DNA of 64,000 bases. Source: Candidatus Cloacimonadales bacterium. GTDB lineage: Bacteria > Cloacimonadota > Cloacimonadia > Cloacimonadales > JAFGVF01. Below are positions 10,204 to 20,643 of this stretch, in pieces. Made by a program: the position numbers and the translations under genes. The stretch spans positions 832,001-896,000 of the forward strand of contig OY762964.1 in assembly GCA_963667035.1 (NCBI GenBank), given 5' to 3'. The notes below the pieces were generated by a model. The model saw only the letters and a list, made by a program, of their open reading frames with translations, made no database searches and was not told the origin of the DNA. The first letter of the stretch is position 1. Every line of letters starts with the position of its first letter.

Positions 10204-11544
10204 ATGACTATTAATGATTTTATGGCACAAGTCGAAGTAAAGAATCCGGCTCAGCCCGAATTCATTCAGGCAGTAAGAGAAGTTGTGGAGTCAGTATGGG
10301 ATTACTATCATGCAAACCCACGCTACGTTAAAGCTAAAATATTAGACAGAATCGTAGAGCCTGAAAGAGTCATTATGTTCCGCGTACCATGGATGGATGA
10401 CAAAGGTGAAATCCAGGTAAACCGTGGATACCGCGTTGAATTCAATAGTGCAATTGGACCTTACAAAGGTGGACTTCGTTTCCATCCTTCAGTAACATTA
10501 TCAATCCTTAAGTTCCTCGGTTTCGAGCAGATCTTCAAAAACAGTCTTACAACTCTCCCAATGGGTGGTGGTAAGGGTGGTTCTGATTTTGATGCAAAAG
10601 GTAAATCTGATGCTGAAATCATGCGTTTCTGCCAATCATTCATGATGGAACTTTTCCGTCATATCGGACCTAACACAGACGTTCCTGCTGGTGACATCGG
10701 TGTTGGCGGTCGTGAGATCGGTTACATGTTCGGTATGTATAAGAAACTTCGCAATGAGTTCACAGGTGTTCTTACAGGTAAAGGCCTCAAATGGGGTGGT
10801 TCACTTGTACGTCCTGAAGCTACTGGTTTTGGTGCAACATATTTCGCTAAAGAAATGCTTGCTACTAAAGACATGACATTCGAAGGCAAAGTTGTTGCTC
10901 TTTCAGGTTTCGGTAACGTTGCTTGGGGTGCAGCTCAGAAAGTTACACAACTTGGTGGTAAAGTTGTTACTCTTTCAGGTCCTGATGGATATATCTATGA
11001 CGAAGAAGGTATTGGAACTCAAGAAAAATGGGATTTCATGCTTGAACTTCGTGCTTCAAACAACGACCGCGTAAGCGATTATGTTGAGGCATTCCCTAAT
11101 GCTAAGTTCTTCCCTGGCAAACGTCCTTGGGAAGTTAAAGTTGACGTTGCTATGCCATGTGCAACTCAGAACGAACTTAGTGAAGAAGATGCAAAAACTC
11201 TCGTTGCTAACGGTGTTGTTGCAGTTTCTGAAGGTGCAAACATGCCTTGTACTCCTGGTGCAGTTCATGTATTCCTTCAAAACAAAATTCTCTTTGCTCC
11301 TGGTAAAGCTGCTAATGCCGGTGGTGTTGCAACTTCAGGACTTGAAATGTCTCAAAACAGCATGCGTTACAACTGGACTGCTGAAGAAGTTGATGAAAAA
11401 CTTCACAGAATCATGTGTGACATCCACAATGCTTGTGTTGAGTTTGGCAAAGACGAAGAAGGTTTCGTTGATTACGTTAAAGGTGCAAACATTGCCGGTT
11501 TCGTAAAAGTTGCTGATGCTATGCTTGATCAGGGTCTTGTATAA
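10204..11544 (+). CDS. gdhA: NADP-specific glutamate dehydrogenase
   Basis: GPYKGGLRFHP, GGGKGG, DVPAGDIGVG, RPEATG and KAANAGGV motifs; ATG at 10204 after GGAGG. Confidence 0.95.
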   Translation: MTINDFMAQVEVKNPAQPEFIQAVREVVESVWDYYHANPRYVKAKILDRIVEPERVIMFRVPWMDDKGEIQVNRGYRVEFNSAIGPYKGGLRFHPSVTLSILKFLGFEQIFKNSLTTLPMGGGKGGSDFDAKGKSDAEIMRFCQSFMMELFRHIGPNTDVPAGDIGVGGREIGYMFGMYKKLRNEFTGVLTGKGLKWGGSLVRPEATGFGATYFAKEMLATKDMTFEGKVVALSGFGNVAWGAAQKVTQLGGKVVTLSGPDGYIYDEEGIGTQEKWDFMLELRASNNDRVSDYVEAFPNAKFFPGKRPWEVKVDVAMPCATQNELSEEDAKTLVANGVVAVSEGANMPCTPGAVHVFLQNKILFAPGKAANAGGVATSGLEMSQNSMRYNWTAEEVDEKLHRIMCDIHNACVEFGKDEEGFVDYVKGANIAGFVKVADAMLDQGLV

Positions 11545-11569
11545 ACCCTAACCTTAACTAATATATATT

Positions 11570-11598
11570 AAAGGCTCCCGAATCGGGAGCCTTTTTTT
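11570..11598 (+). terminator. intrinsic terminator after gdhA
   Basis: aaggctcccg/cgggagcctt stem followed by a T run. Confidence 0.85.
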
Positions 11599-11678
11599 AA
11601 TACAAATTAATCAACATTAAATTGACAATCAATTCCTTTTCCTGTATGGTATAAAATATCAAGAAATAAGGAGATGCT

Positions 11679-12545
11679 GTGCAGGATTATTGGTTCAACA
11701 GAACGATAGGTTATATTGAGCAACGATTAACAAGTAAATTGGAGATGGAAGATATTGCATACCATGCCGGGTACAGTTTAACTCATTTCCATAGATTATT
11801 CTTTCAAGCGACCGGTCATACTTTGAAAGGATATATCAGAAAGAGACGTTTAGCTTTAGCTCAGCATGAAATATCGCTTACAAATAGTAGTCTTGCTACG
11901 ATAGCCGGAAAATACGGTTACAGATCTCACGAAGCTCTGACGAGAGCCTTTAAGAATGAGTTTGGAATTACTCCGGGAGAATACCGAAAGCATCCTTGTA
12001 AACTTGATACAATCTCCAATCTTTCGAAAGAGAAGTTAGAAGCATCTGGCAGTATCGTAAATTCTCTTAATCCTCAGATTGTTTATTTAGACGATATTGT
12101 TTTGATAGGACTGAAGCGTCGAATTATTCCTAATGACCCTGCTATCAAAGAGCTGGTTAGTGAATTAAACAATAGATTCTCGGAGATAACTACTAGAGTC
12201 AAAACCGATAAATGTTATTGGCTCTGTAAGAATGCTGAACCGGATAGAGATGGTAATCTTCTTAAATTCGATGCGTATCCCTCTTTTGAACTTTTACCTA
12301 AATATAGAGTACCTAAGGGTTGGTATGCGAACAGAATAGAGGCAGGAGAATATCTTTGTTTTACTCATAAAGGAGAAACCGATACTCTTAAAGATAGCTA
12401 TGAGTATATCTATCGTAAATGGTTTCCCGGGAGTGGGTATGAACCTTCTATTGATGAAGACTTCGAAGTTTACGATAGCAGATTTAAACCGGGTAGTAGT
12501 GATTCCGAATTATACATAATGATACCTGTTAGAAAAACTATATAG
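11679..12545 (+). CDS. AraC-family regulator with GyrI-like effector domain
   Basis: YS..HFHRLF and AFKNEFGITPGEYR HTH motifs; C-terminal YIYRKWFP..DFEVY. Confidence 0.9.
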   Translation: MQDYWFNRTIGYIEQRLTSKLEMEDIAYHAGYSLTHFHRLFFQATGHTLKGYIRKRRLALAQHEISLTNSSLATIAGKYGYRSHEALTRAFKNEFGITPGEYRKHPCKLDTISNLSKEKLEASGSIVNSLNPQIVYLDDIVLIGLKRRIIPNDPAIKELVSELNNRFSEITTRVKTDKCYWLCKNAEPDRDGNLLKFDAYPSFELLPKYRVPKGWYANRIEAGEYLCFTHKGETDTLKDSYEYIYRKWFPGSGYEPSIDEDFEVYDSRFKPGSSDSELYIMIPVRKTI

Positions 12546-12553
12546 GAGAAGGT

Positions 12554-13021
12554 ATGAAAATAGAAGCAATTGGTTATGTGAAGAAAGATAATCAAGGAAT
12601 GTATATTGAACTTAAGAAAGAGTATGTAAGTGCATTAACGGCAATAGAGGGTTTCAGTTATCTGACCCTTGTATGGTGGGCACATCTCTATGCTACTGAT
12701 GACGCAAGAAAACTTAGAGTATTAGATAAACCATATAAAAAGGGACCGGACAAGATTGGGATTTTTGCAACACGATCTCCTGTACGTCCTAATCCTATAT
12801 GTATATCTCCAATGCCGGTTCAAAGCATTGATATGGAAAATGGTATAATAAGGACTTGGTGGATAGATTGTGAAGACAATACACCAATTCTCGATATAAA
12901 ACCATATCATCCATGTTCTGATACGGTTAAGAATGCTGAAGTGCCGGAATGGTGCTCTCATTGGCCTCAGAGTTATGAAGATTCTGCTGAGTTCGCATGG
13001 GATGAAGAGTTCAATTTCTAA
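12554..13021 (+). CDS. TsaA/TrmO-family SAM-binding protein
   Basis: GIFATRSPVRPNPI and TPILDIKPY motifs. Confidence 0.85.
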   Translation: MKIEAIGYVKKDNQGMYIELKKEYVSALTAIEGFSYLTLVWWAHLYATDDARKLRVLDKPYKKGPDKIGIFATRSPVRPNPICISPMPVQSIDMENGIIRTWWIDCEDNTPILDIKPYHPCSDTVKNAEVPEWCSHWPQSYEDSAEFAWDEEFNF

Positions 13022-13135
13022 ATAATATATCCTATACTACTCAAACAACTTAATAGCTATTTGAAATTAAGAATTAGAAACTGGGTGCTTCACTTTCTCT
13101 AAAGTTATGGAGGATAGGTTGCCTGCCCTTTTATT

Positions 13136-13157
13136 GGTACGCAGGCTTCTTGCCTGC
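13136..13157 (+). repeat. single REP-like palindrome, family B
   Basis: ggtac-gcaggc-ttctt-gcctgc, same GGTACGC-plus-hairpin form as the copies at 43.3-44.0 kb. Confidence 0.5.
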
Positions 13158-13253
13158 AATGATTGTGGAAATAGACGTTAACTTATTGAATTTGTCTAGA
13201 ATTAAAAAGGGAGTTCTTAATTGAACTCCCTTTAACATTTTATTGAATCAAAG

Positions 13254-15944
13254 CTATTCTAAATCAGCTTTGTAATCTTCCAATTGTTGTCTATCTTTTG
13301 CTAATTGCAATAAGAAAGGATTAATGTTAACACTAGGAGCTTCGGCTTTCAGAGCATTCAATAATGCTTCGCCTTCATCAAAATATCCGTTCTGTCTGGT
13401 AAGGTTAAAGATGAATTTTGCCATTGCATCATTAGGTTGTATCATCTTCATCATAGATAAGACATATCTCTGACCTATCTCCGGTTGACCGCTATTCATG
13501 AAAATGATTGCAGCGTTTTGATATGTATCTACATCTCTTGGACGTAACTTGAGTTCTTTTTCAACATAGTTGACTGATTTTTGTAGCATATTTGCATCAG
13601 CATACATCTGAGCAAGACTCATGTTGAATTGATCTTTCTCACTAATAAAATCCATTGCCTTTTCAAGATAGTGAATTGCTTTATCCGCTTGATTACGGTT
13701 ATGATAGTATTGTGAAATACGCATGAAAGCAGCACCGTAGTTATTAATCAAACGGGTAGCATTAGCATCTTTGTAAACCGAGTCGTCAAATATAGAACGA
13801 TATGAATATACTTTATCAACATTCTCAACAATAGTGTCGAGGTCTATTCTATCTTTTCCCTGAGTAGGAACGACTCTGTCCACCATTCCAACATTAACCA
13901 GGTTATTTTCAAATCCTGATGCATCCGAACATGTTACGGCAAAGTAAATAGGTCTCTTACCGAAGTTATCCTTAACAATCTGTAAGACTGCTAAATCCTT
14001 AATCTGTAGACCACCTTTCTCCTTTGGTATCTTTATTTCAAAACTGAACTCAGGAGAAGGACCGTTTATACTAACATAGGCATCTTTATCCAGACGCATA
14101 GGGTAGAGTCTATCCAATTTCTCATCAGGAATATTGAAGTGAACTCCTTCTTTATCTCTGAGTTGTCTAATGTACCAAGGAGTATTTAACAAACTTAAAT
14201 TGGCAACAGTGACATCCTTTCTAATTCCAAAACAATGTTCCTCTTTATATGCTCTTGCCTTATTAATAGCATCCCAAGTTGCCTTATCAGGTTTTACCAT
14301 AGTCATAGGACGCATAAACTCTTTTGCATAAGGTTCTTCAACAGCTTGAGCATACCAAAGTGGGAAAGTATCGTTATCTCCATTAGTGAAGATAATAGCA
14401 TTCTCTTCTAATGAGTTCAGGAAGTTTTGACCATAATCAAGAGCTACGAACTCTTTTGATCTATCGTGAATCTTGTATTGTGAAGCCATATTAAGTATCG
14501 GCAGAGCAATAACAACAGCAATAAGAATTGCTTTTACTATCCTATTCTTAGCATAATTTGCTATAAGTGCTACCGAGCCCCATGCCATCCAGAAAGTCCA
14601 GAAGTTATAAGCCGTTACAAAGAAATAGTCTCTATCTCTAACTTCTGCATCTGAGAGATTCATGATGAATACCATTGCTACAGAACTCATAAAGAAAAGC
14701 ATAAAGTAGTTAATGAATGAATGCTTATTCTTCTTAAATTGGTCATACATACCGTAAACTGCTAAACCAAAGACAACAAAGACATTAAAGAATGCATTTA
14801 TCAGATTAGCAGGTATTCTAGTCCAAGATGATAAGGTCTCAGCATTAAAGAACTGCCAACCGAAGTATCTGGTAAAATGATGAGTTAACTGATACAAGAA
14901 AGAAGCTCTTCTAACCATGAAAGATGTATTTCCGTATTGTCTACGAAGAACGTAATTTGTAAACAATTCAAGGTTATGGGGGTAGCCTTCATTAATAAAT
15001 GGTCTTTCTCCGGCTCTAACCATGATATAGATATGAGGTGTTAGTGCAATAAGGATTAAACCGATAGTAAGAGCGACAAATCTCCAGTCAAACTTCTTGT
15101 ATAAAGAGAGATAAAGGGCTGCGGTAAACAATATGAAGAACACATATTTACCCAAATCAGGGATTTGCACTTGTTGACCTACACCGTTAAATATATAATA
15201 TCCTAGCAATATAACTGCTGTGCTAATACCGGCTATTGTCCAGAAACGGGATGACTTAATATTGTTCCTGATATCTTTATATACACACATTAACAGAACT
15301 GCAGGTGCTATTTGCAATGAGGTTTGATGTATACAGAATCCTAAGAAAAACATATAGATGATTAATAAGATAATGTTTTGATTGTCATAATCTTTTGAAC
15401 GCTCAATCCATATAAGTGTCAGCCAGACAATGATATTGATAAAGAAAGCAAGACCTGCATATACCTCTGCTTCGATTGAGTTCATCCAGAAAGTGAATGA
15501 GAAAGCTGTATAAAGGGCTGCAAGAACACCTCCAAGAATATTATGGAGTTTATCTTTATCAAACATACTGATGAACTTAACGCTGAACAGATAGGTAAAC
15601 ATTACTGCTAAAGCGGAGAATAAACCTGAGAACATACTGGCAATTCTGGCTTGCGATGAAGCAACACCAAAGATTGTAGACATGAAACGTCCCAGTATTA
15701 TGTAGAATGGGTTTCCCGGAGGATGTGGAACACCAAGTATTCTAATACATGTTGCATATTCACCGGAATCCCAGAATGACATTGTCTTTGCTCCCGTGAG
15801 CAAATAGACTATAAAAGTGACGAGGAACACACCGAGAGCTATGATGGTGTTAGTTTTTACATCTACAACTCTTTGAGGTATGTTTCTTGTAAATTGCTCA
15901 ACATTCTGAGTTGAGGCAATAAACGAATTTTCTTTTTTCTTCAT
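13254..15944 (-). CDS. DUF2723/TMEM260-like GT-C fold glycosyltransferase with TPR-like C-terminus
   Basis: SFWDSGEY, GVPHPPGNPFY, EAEVY, RDRDYF and FTNGDNDTFPLWY motifs; multiple TM segments. Confidence 0.85.
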   Translation of the reverse strand: MKKKENSFIASTQNVEQFTRNIPQRVVDVKTNTIIALGVFLVTFIVYLLTGAKTMSFWDSGEYATCIRILGVPHPPGNPFYIILGRFMSTIFGVASSQARIASMFSGLFSALAVMFTYLFSVKFISMFDKDKLHNILGGVLAALYTAFSFTFWMNSIEAEVYAGLAFFINIIVWLTLIWIERSKDYDNQNIILLIIYMFFLGFCIHQTSLQIAPAVLLMCVYKDIRNNIKSSRFWTIAGISTAVILLGYYIFNGVGQQVQIPDLGKYVFFILFTAALYLSLYKKFDWRFVALTIGLILIALTPHIYIMVRAGERPFINEGYPHNLELFTNYVLRRQYGNTSFMVRRASFLYQLTHHFTRYFGWQFFNAETLSSWTRIPANLINAFFNVFVVFGLAVYGMYDQFKKNKHSFINYFMLFFMSSVAMVFIMNLSDAEVRDRDYFFVTAYNFWTFWMAWGSVALIANYAKNRIVKAILIAVVIALPILNMASQYKIHDRSKEFVALDYGQNFLNSLEENAIIFTNGDNDTFPLWYAQAVEEPYAKEFMRPMTMVKPDKATWDAINKARAYKEEHCFGIRKDVTVANLSLLNTPWYIRQLRDKEGVHFNIPDEKLDRLYPMRLDKDAYVSINGPSPEFSFEIKIPKEKGGLQIKDLAVLQIVKDNFGKRPIYFAVTCSDASGFENNLVNVGMVDRVVPTQGKDRIDLDTIVENVDKVYSYRSIFDDSVYKDANATRLINNYGAAFMRISQYYHNRNQADKAIHYLEKAMDFISEKDQFNMSLAQMYADANMLQKSVNYVEKELKLRPRDVDTYQNAAIIFMNSGQPEIGQRYVLSMMKMIQPNDAMAKFIFNLTRQNGYFDEGEALLNALKAEAPSVNINPFLLQLAKDRQQLEDYKADLE

Positions 15945-15962
15945 TATATCTCCCGAAAACTA

Positions 15963-17021
15963 TTACCCTTTAAGACCACTTGAGGCATAACTGGCAATAA
16001 TGTTCTTTTGTGCAATCAAGAATAGTATCAACAGTGGTACAACACTGAAGGTGGAAGCAGCCATTAATAGTGATGTCTGGGAAGATGCTTCCTGCGAGAA
16101 GTAACTAAGTCCTACCTGCAAGACACGAAGTTGAGGACTGTTTGTCATCACGAGAGGCCACATAAAGCTGTTCCAACTTCCTATAACGGAGAAAATGGCA
16201 GCAGTGGCAATAACAGGTTTACTAAGAGGTAAAACGATTCTCCATAGAATCCCGAATCTTCCGCAACCATCAATTGAAGCGGCATCGAAAAGATCTTTTG
16301 GAAGGGTTTTAAAGTGCTGTCTAAACAGGAAAATCGTAAATATATTTGCCATCCAAGGCACAATCAAAGCATAGTAAGTATCTATCCATCCTAAATAGTT
16401 AAGTATCAGGTAAGAGGGGATAAGATATATTGGTTGCGGTACCATCATCATACTAATGAACAGATAGAATATGAAGTCTTTTCCGTAAAACTCCATTCTG
16501 GCAAAAGCATAAGCTGCTAAAGCCGAGGTAAAGATAACGCCGATTAAAGTAATAAAAGCAATTACAATAGTGTTAAAGAAGTATCTTCCGAAAGGTACTT
16601 TCTTATATGCTGTAACATAATTCTCCCAGTGAAGTCTGAACTTCTTCACTGTTTTTATTTGGCTTGAATCAACTTTTAAATACTCTCTACTCATGAATGA
16701 AAAGGGAACATCTTTGCCATTCTCTTTCACTTTAACTGTTATCTCATGTTCATCATTGAGTATAATGTGTCCTGTTTTATCGAAAAGGGTGATTACGGTA
16801 CCGTCTTCATCCTCTTTAACTATATTAGCGGCATATTTTTTGCCGTCAGGAGCTGAGTACTCGGTGTAATGATCCAGAGAAAAGAATCCGACATTTCCTT
16901 TATTCACTTCCTGCTGTGATTTAACAGAAGTTGTAATCATCCAAATGAAAGGTACTACCATAAGGAATCCGCAAATGGAAAGGATTGTATATGTTAGTAT
17001 AGATCTTATTTTTCTATCCAT
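15963..17021 (-). CDS. carbohydrate ABC transporter permease (MalG-like) with periplasmic insertion
   Basis: AAYAFAR, DAASIDG (EAA motif), WNSFMWP. Confidence 0.9.
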   Translation of the reverse strand: MDRKIRSILTYTILSICGFLMVVPFIWMITTSVKSQQEVNKGNVGFFSLDHYTEYSAPDGKKYAANIVKEDEDGTVITLFDKTGHIILNDEHEITVKVKENGKDVPFSFMSREYLKVDSSQIKTVKKFRLHWENYVTAYKKVPFGRYFFNTIVIAFITLIGVIFTSALAAYAFARMEFYGKDFIFYLFISMMMVPQPIYLIPSYLILNYLGWIDTYYALIVPWMANIFTIFLFRQHFKTLPKDLFDAASIDGCGRFGILWRIVLPLSKPVIATAAIFSVIGSWNSFMWPLVMTNSPQLRVLQVGLSYFSQEASSQTSLLMAASTFSVVPLLILFLIAQKNIIASYASSGLKG

Positions 17022-17030
17022 TTCCGCCTC

Positions 17031-17966
17031 CTAGTAATGAACCTTTTTCTCTGTTCGCTTCTGGAACAAAGTTAGTCCGAGTATGATTAGGAATAGTACA
17101 AGAGCAACTGCACTGGCATAACTGAAATCGTTTTTATCAATACCCTGTTCAAATATATAATAAACAATAAGTTTGGTTGTTCCTTGAGGTCCACCGATTG
17201 GAGGACCGGTCATGAGGTAGACTTGTGAGAATGTTTGGAATGTTGTGATTGTAGTCATCATCAGAACATAGAATGTAGTGGGAGAGACAAGAGGAAGTGT
17301 AATGTTAAAAAACTGTCTTTTCTTACTGGCTCCGTCAATTTCAGCCGCTTCATAATAAACTTGTGAGATGTTCTGTAAACCTGCTAAGTAGATAATGGTG
17401 TTGTAACCAAGACTCTTCCAGATTGATACAATGATAATACAGAACAGAGCTAATGAAGGTCCACCTGCCCATTGAGGAATATCTATTCCGAAGTTCTGCA
17501 TGAAAAGTGTTATGATTCCGGTAGGTTCTGCCAGCCACTTTAAAGGTTCTAATCCAACCATTCTAAAGAAGTAGTTAGCAAGTCCGCTTTGCTGATTGAA
17601 TATTATCTTCCAGATAATTGATACTGCTACTAAGGATGTAACAAAGGGAATAAAGTATAAGGTACGGAAGAATGAGACAAACTTCTTTAAACCATTGAGT
17701 AGAGTAGCAAATCCTAAAGATAGAATTATGCTTAAAGGAACAACATATATTACCACATAGAATGTATTTAAGAGTGATTGCCAAAAGTACTTGTCCGTTG
17801 CAAGTCTGGAATAGTTCTGGAAACCGATAAATTCTCCCGGACCGGTTATTGACCAGTTAAAGAAACTCAAAATAAAAGATAGAATTATCGGGACAAACCG
17901 GAATGCCAAAATTATAATAAATGCCGGCAATACATAGAGATAAGGCTTAAAGCTTTTTTTAGTCAT
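17031..17966 (-). CDS. carbohydrate ABC transporter permease (MalF/UgpA-like)
   Basis: YLAGLQNI..YEAAEIDGA..QFFNITLP. Confidence 0.9.
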   Translation of the reverse strand: MTKKSFKPYLYVLPAFIIILAFRFVPIILSFILSFFNWSITGPGEFIGFQNYSRLATDKYFWQSLLNTFYVVIYVVPLSIILSLGFATLLNGLKKFVSFFRTLYFIPFVTSLVAVSIIWKIIFNQQSGLANYFFRMVGLEPLKWLAEPTGIITLFMQNFGIDIPQWAGGPSLALFCIIIVSIWKSLGYNTIIYLAGLQNISQVYYEAAEIDGASKKRQFFNITLPLVSPTTFYVLMMTTITTFQTFSQVYLMTGPPIGGPQGTTKLIVYYIFEQGIDKNDFSYASAVALVLFLIILGLTLFQKRTEKKVHY

Positions 17967-18192
17967 CTGATTTTTCCTGCATACTTTATTTATTCTAACA
18001 AAAAATATGCCTGTTTCAAGGTGTCAAATTATATTTGTGTAAAGTTGCTTTCAGTACAAAACTCAGATTTTTACTTGGTTTGCTTTGAATATATTACATT
18101 ACTCTAAGAAGGTACTGTTATAGAGTTAATATAAAGGGCACAAAATGTTGTGCCCTAAAGTTAAATTTTAGCTTGTATAGCAATCCTAAGGT

Positions 18193-19314
18193 TTATCCTT
18201 TTGATAATGGACCGATTTCTCTGACTAGATTATTGAAACCTTCATTTAATTCTGAGATTAAGCTTTTAACCGATTGTATCTTATCTATGAGATATGTCTT
18301 AGCACCGCAGAAGGCAAAACCCTGATTCATCAGTCCGAATTTAGCATTAGAAAGAGCTACGGCGATACAGTAAGGAGCGTTCTCTAATTGGCATGTTTTC
18401 AAGCACTTCCATGGGCATTTGAAAGGTACTTTCTTACCTAGAGCTACATCGGTCAGAAACTCATTACCTATTGCTCTTCCCGGTAAGCCTAAAGGACTCT
18501 TTATAATGGAAATATCAGTTTCCTCACATTCAATAAATTTATTTTTAAATTCATCGGTAGCGTCACACTCGTATGTTGCAACAAAGCGAGAGCCCATCTG
18601 CACTCCGTCTGCTCCCATTTCCATCACTTTATAGATATCCTCTCCAGAGTAGATTCCACCACCGGCAACAACAGGGATAGTCTTTCCTGTTTTTTCACTG
18701 AACTCTTTCACTGTTTTAACAACGTCCGGAACAATTGATTTTAAGGAGTATTCCGGATCATCAATTTGCTCGGGTTTAAATCCAAGATGACCTCCGGCTT
18801 GCGGTCCTTCTACAACAATTATGTCAGGTAATCTTTTAAATCTGCTTAACCAGGTTCTCATAATTAGCTTAGCTGCTCTTCCTGAAGATACAATTACTCC
18901 TAATTTTGTGTCATCAGAACCGAAATATTTATCAACAAGATCTTGCGGAAAAGCTACAGGTAAACCGGCCCCCATGAAAATGATGTCTACTTTCTCTTCA
19001 AAACTGACTCTAATCAGATCATCAAAATCCGTAAGAGCATACATTATGTTAACACCAATGATACCGTTGGATTTTTCTCTAGCTGTTCTTATTTCATCTC
19101 TTAATCCGATTAGATTCAGTTCACGTAAACTAAGAAGTGATTTACATTTATCGATTCCAATCCCTACTGCTGAGATAACACCTATTCCGCCTTCATTAGC
19201 AACAGCAGAAGCTAAACCTGAAAGAGATATTCCCACGCCCATACCACCTTGTATAATGGGGATTCTGGCAACTAAGTTTCCAACTCTCAATTCCGGCATA
19301 TTTATTTTATTCAT
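18193..19314 (-). CDS. nitronate monooxygenase/FabK-family flavin oxidoreductase
   Basis: PIIQGGMGVGIS, VEGP.AGGHLG and GVQMGSRF motifs; C-terminal Cys cluster. Confidence 0.85.
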   Translation of the reverse strand: MNKINMPELRVGNLVARIPIIQGGMGVGISLSGLASAVANEGGIGVISAVGIGIDKCKSLLSLRELNLIGLRDEIRTAREKSNGIIGVNIMYALTDFDDLIRVSFEEKVDIIFMGAGLPVAFPQDLVDKYFGSDDTKLGVIVSSGRAAKLIMRTWLSRFKRLPDIIVVEGPQAGGHLGFKPEQIDDPEYSLKSIVPDVVKTVKEFSEKTGKTIPVVAGGGIYSGEDIYKVMEMGADGVQMGSRFVATYECDATDEFKNKFIECEETDISIIKSPLGLPGRAIGNEFLTDVALGKKVPFKCPWKCLKTCQLENAPYCIAVALSNAKFGLMNQGFAFCGAKTYLIDKIQSVKSLISELNEGFNNLVREIGPLSKG

Positions 19315-19684
19315 TATCTTGTCCTTTTGGCATTATTGACTCAAGCGATTTTCGCATGTGTATTATATAATTTCTTGTGAATACCGAAACCAATTGTAAA
19401 CCTGATTTGGTAATAGAATAATACTTTCGCTTGGGGCCTTTCTCGGCTTGTCCCCATTCTGAATCAATAAAACCTTTTGCTTTAAGTTTTTTGAGGATTT
19501 GGTATATGGAACTCTCGTTAAAATTGAGCTTATCTTCAGTTGAGTGGCATAACTCCTGTTTAATTTCGTAGCCGTATTTTTTACCATTTCTTAAAAGAAG
19601 TAGTATCATGTAAGAAGTAAGACCTTTCTTAAATTCTTTCTCCCAAACATCTAAAGTTTTCTCAACATTTTTACAAAATTCCAT
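19307..19684 (-). CDS. PadR-family transcriptional regulator
   Basis: YGYEI, SIYQILKKL and GPKRKYYSIT motifs. Confidence 0.9.
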   Translation of the reverse strand: MEFCKNVEKTLDVWEKEFKKGLTSYMILLLLRNGKKYGYEIKQELCHSTEDKLNFNESSIYQILKKLKAKGFIDSEWGQAEKGPKRKYYSITKSGLQLVSVFTRNYIIHMRKSLESIMPKGQDNE

Positions 19685-19694
19685 CTAATCTCCC

Positions 19695-19717
19695 ACTATA
19701 GTGTGTTACACTATAGT
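19695..19717. promoter_or_regulatory. putative PadR operator
   Basis: Perfect palindrome actatagtgt-gtt-acactatagt immediately upstream of the padR RBS. Confidence 0.65.
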
Positions 19718-19838
19718 TTAATAATGTGATAATACATAATGACGTCAAGTAATATCTGCATTTTAACGAAGATTTAATTAGCATAGTATCTATTCTAAAT
19801 GTAGTTTCTGCTATTTGCCTTTAAACAATCAATCAAAA

Positions 19839-19945
19839 TGCACTGATCCCACTGTTTTTTCACTGTGCAGGCACTGTGAACCCGGTGTTTCAGTGCGTGG
19901 ATAGTGCGTCTGCAGTGCCTGCACAGTGCAAATTCAATGCGTTGG
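19839..19945 (+). repeat. 11-bp phased palindromic CACTG/CAGTG array, copy 1
   Basis: CACTG-like motifs at 19841, 19850, 19861, 19872, 19883, then CAGTG-like at 19891, 19902, 19913, 19924, 19935; perfect 16-bp IR at 19861 and 19913. Confidence 0.8.
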
Positions 19946-20177
19946 TAGATCGAGCAATGGGTGCAAAATAGAGTAAATCAAACTTGTAGATAAGTCATAA
20001 ATACTAATTAAAGCATATCAAATACTCAGATGTGAACATATAAATAACTAAAATCCACATTTCGTAAGGAATTAGTAGTGAAGACGATCCATAATTCGAG
20101 CATGGGAGAATAAATGCAAAACCGTAAGCTACGAATATTAGAGGAATAATTTTCAACAAAAGAAAAGGAGAATTATC

Positions 20178-20630
20178 ATGAAAGCTAAAATGTATAGTTG
20201 GCTTAGGAATTTGGTCGGAAAATTAGACGGACTTGTTTATTATAACGACCAAGTTATGGGTGAAGTATTGGTTCGTGATTATGTAGAACCAACCAGAAGC
20301 GTTAGTAACGACAGACTTGGAAGAAACTCATTGAATATCAAACTGTTTTATAGCAATTGCAGTGAAGCATATCTGAGAGATCTCGGTATCTATGCTGTGA
20401 TGATGAATTTAAACCATATTCGGACAGGTCACAAACTGAATCGATATACAATGTTGACTAAACTGCTCTATAAACTCCAAAAGCTTTACCCTGAAGTTGA
20501 TTTAGGGACTCTAACACCTCAGGATGTTGTTAATCAAGGTTATCCAGTAGATTCAGTTCTACATGCTATTATGAGAGGTTTACTTGAACCTGTTACAGGA
20601 TTTCAGAATCTTGATAATGAGATTGTGTAG
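20178..20630 (+). CDS. uncharacterised 150-aa protein with DUF6266-like N-terminus
   Basis: Strong AAGGAG RBS; N-terminal GKLDGLVYY...VR.YV.P pattern recalls DUF6266-like families (from memory, unverified). Confidence 0.65.
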   Translation: MKAKMYSWLRNLVGKLDGLVYYNDQVMGEVLVRDYVEPTRSVSNDRLGRNSLNIKLFYSNCSEAYLRDLGIYAVMMNLNHIRTGHKLNRYTMLTKLLYKLQKLYPEVDLGTLTPQDVVNQGYPVDSVLHAIMRGLLEPVTGFQNLDNEIV

Positions 20631-20643
20631 AACTTGTTTAACT

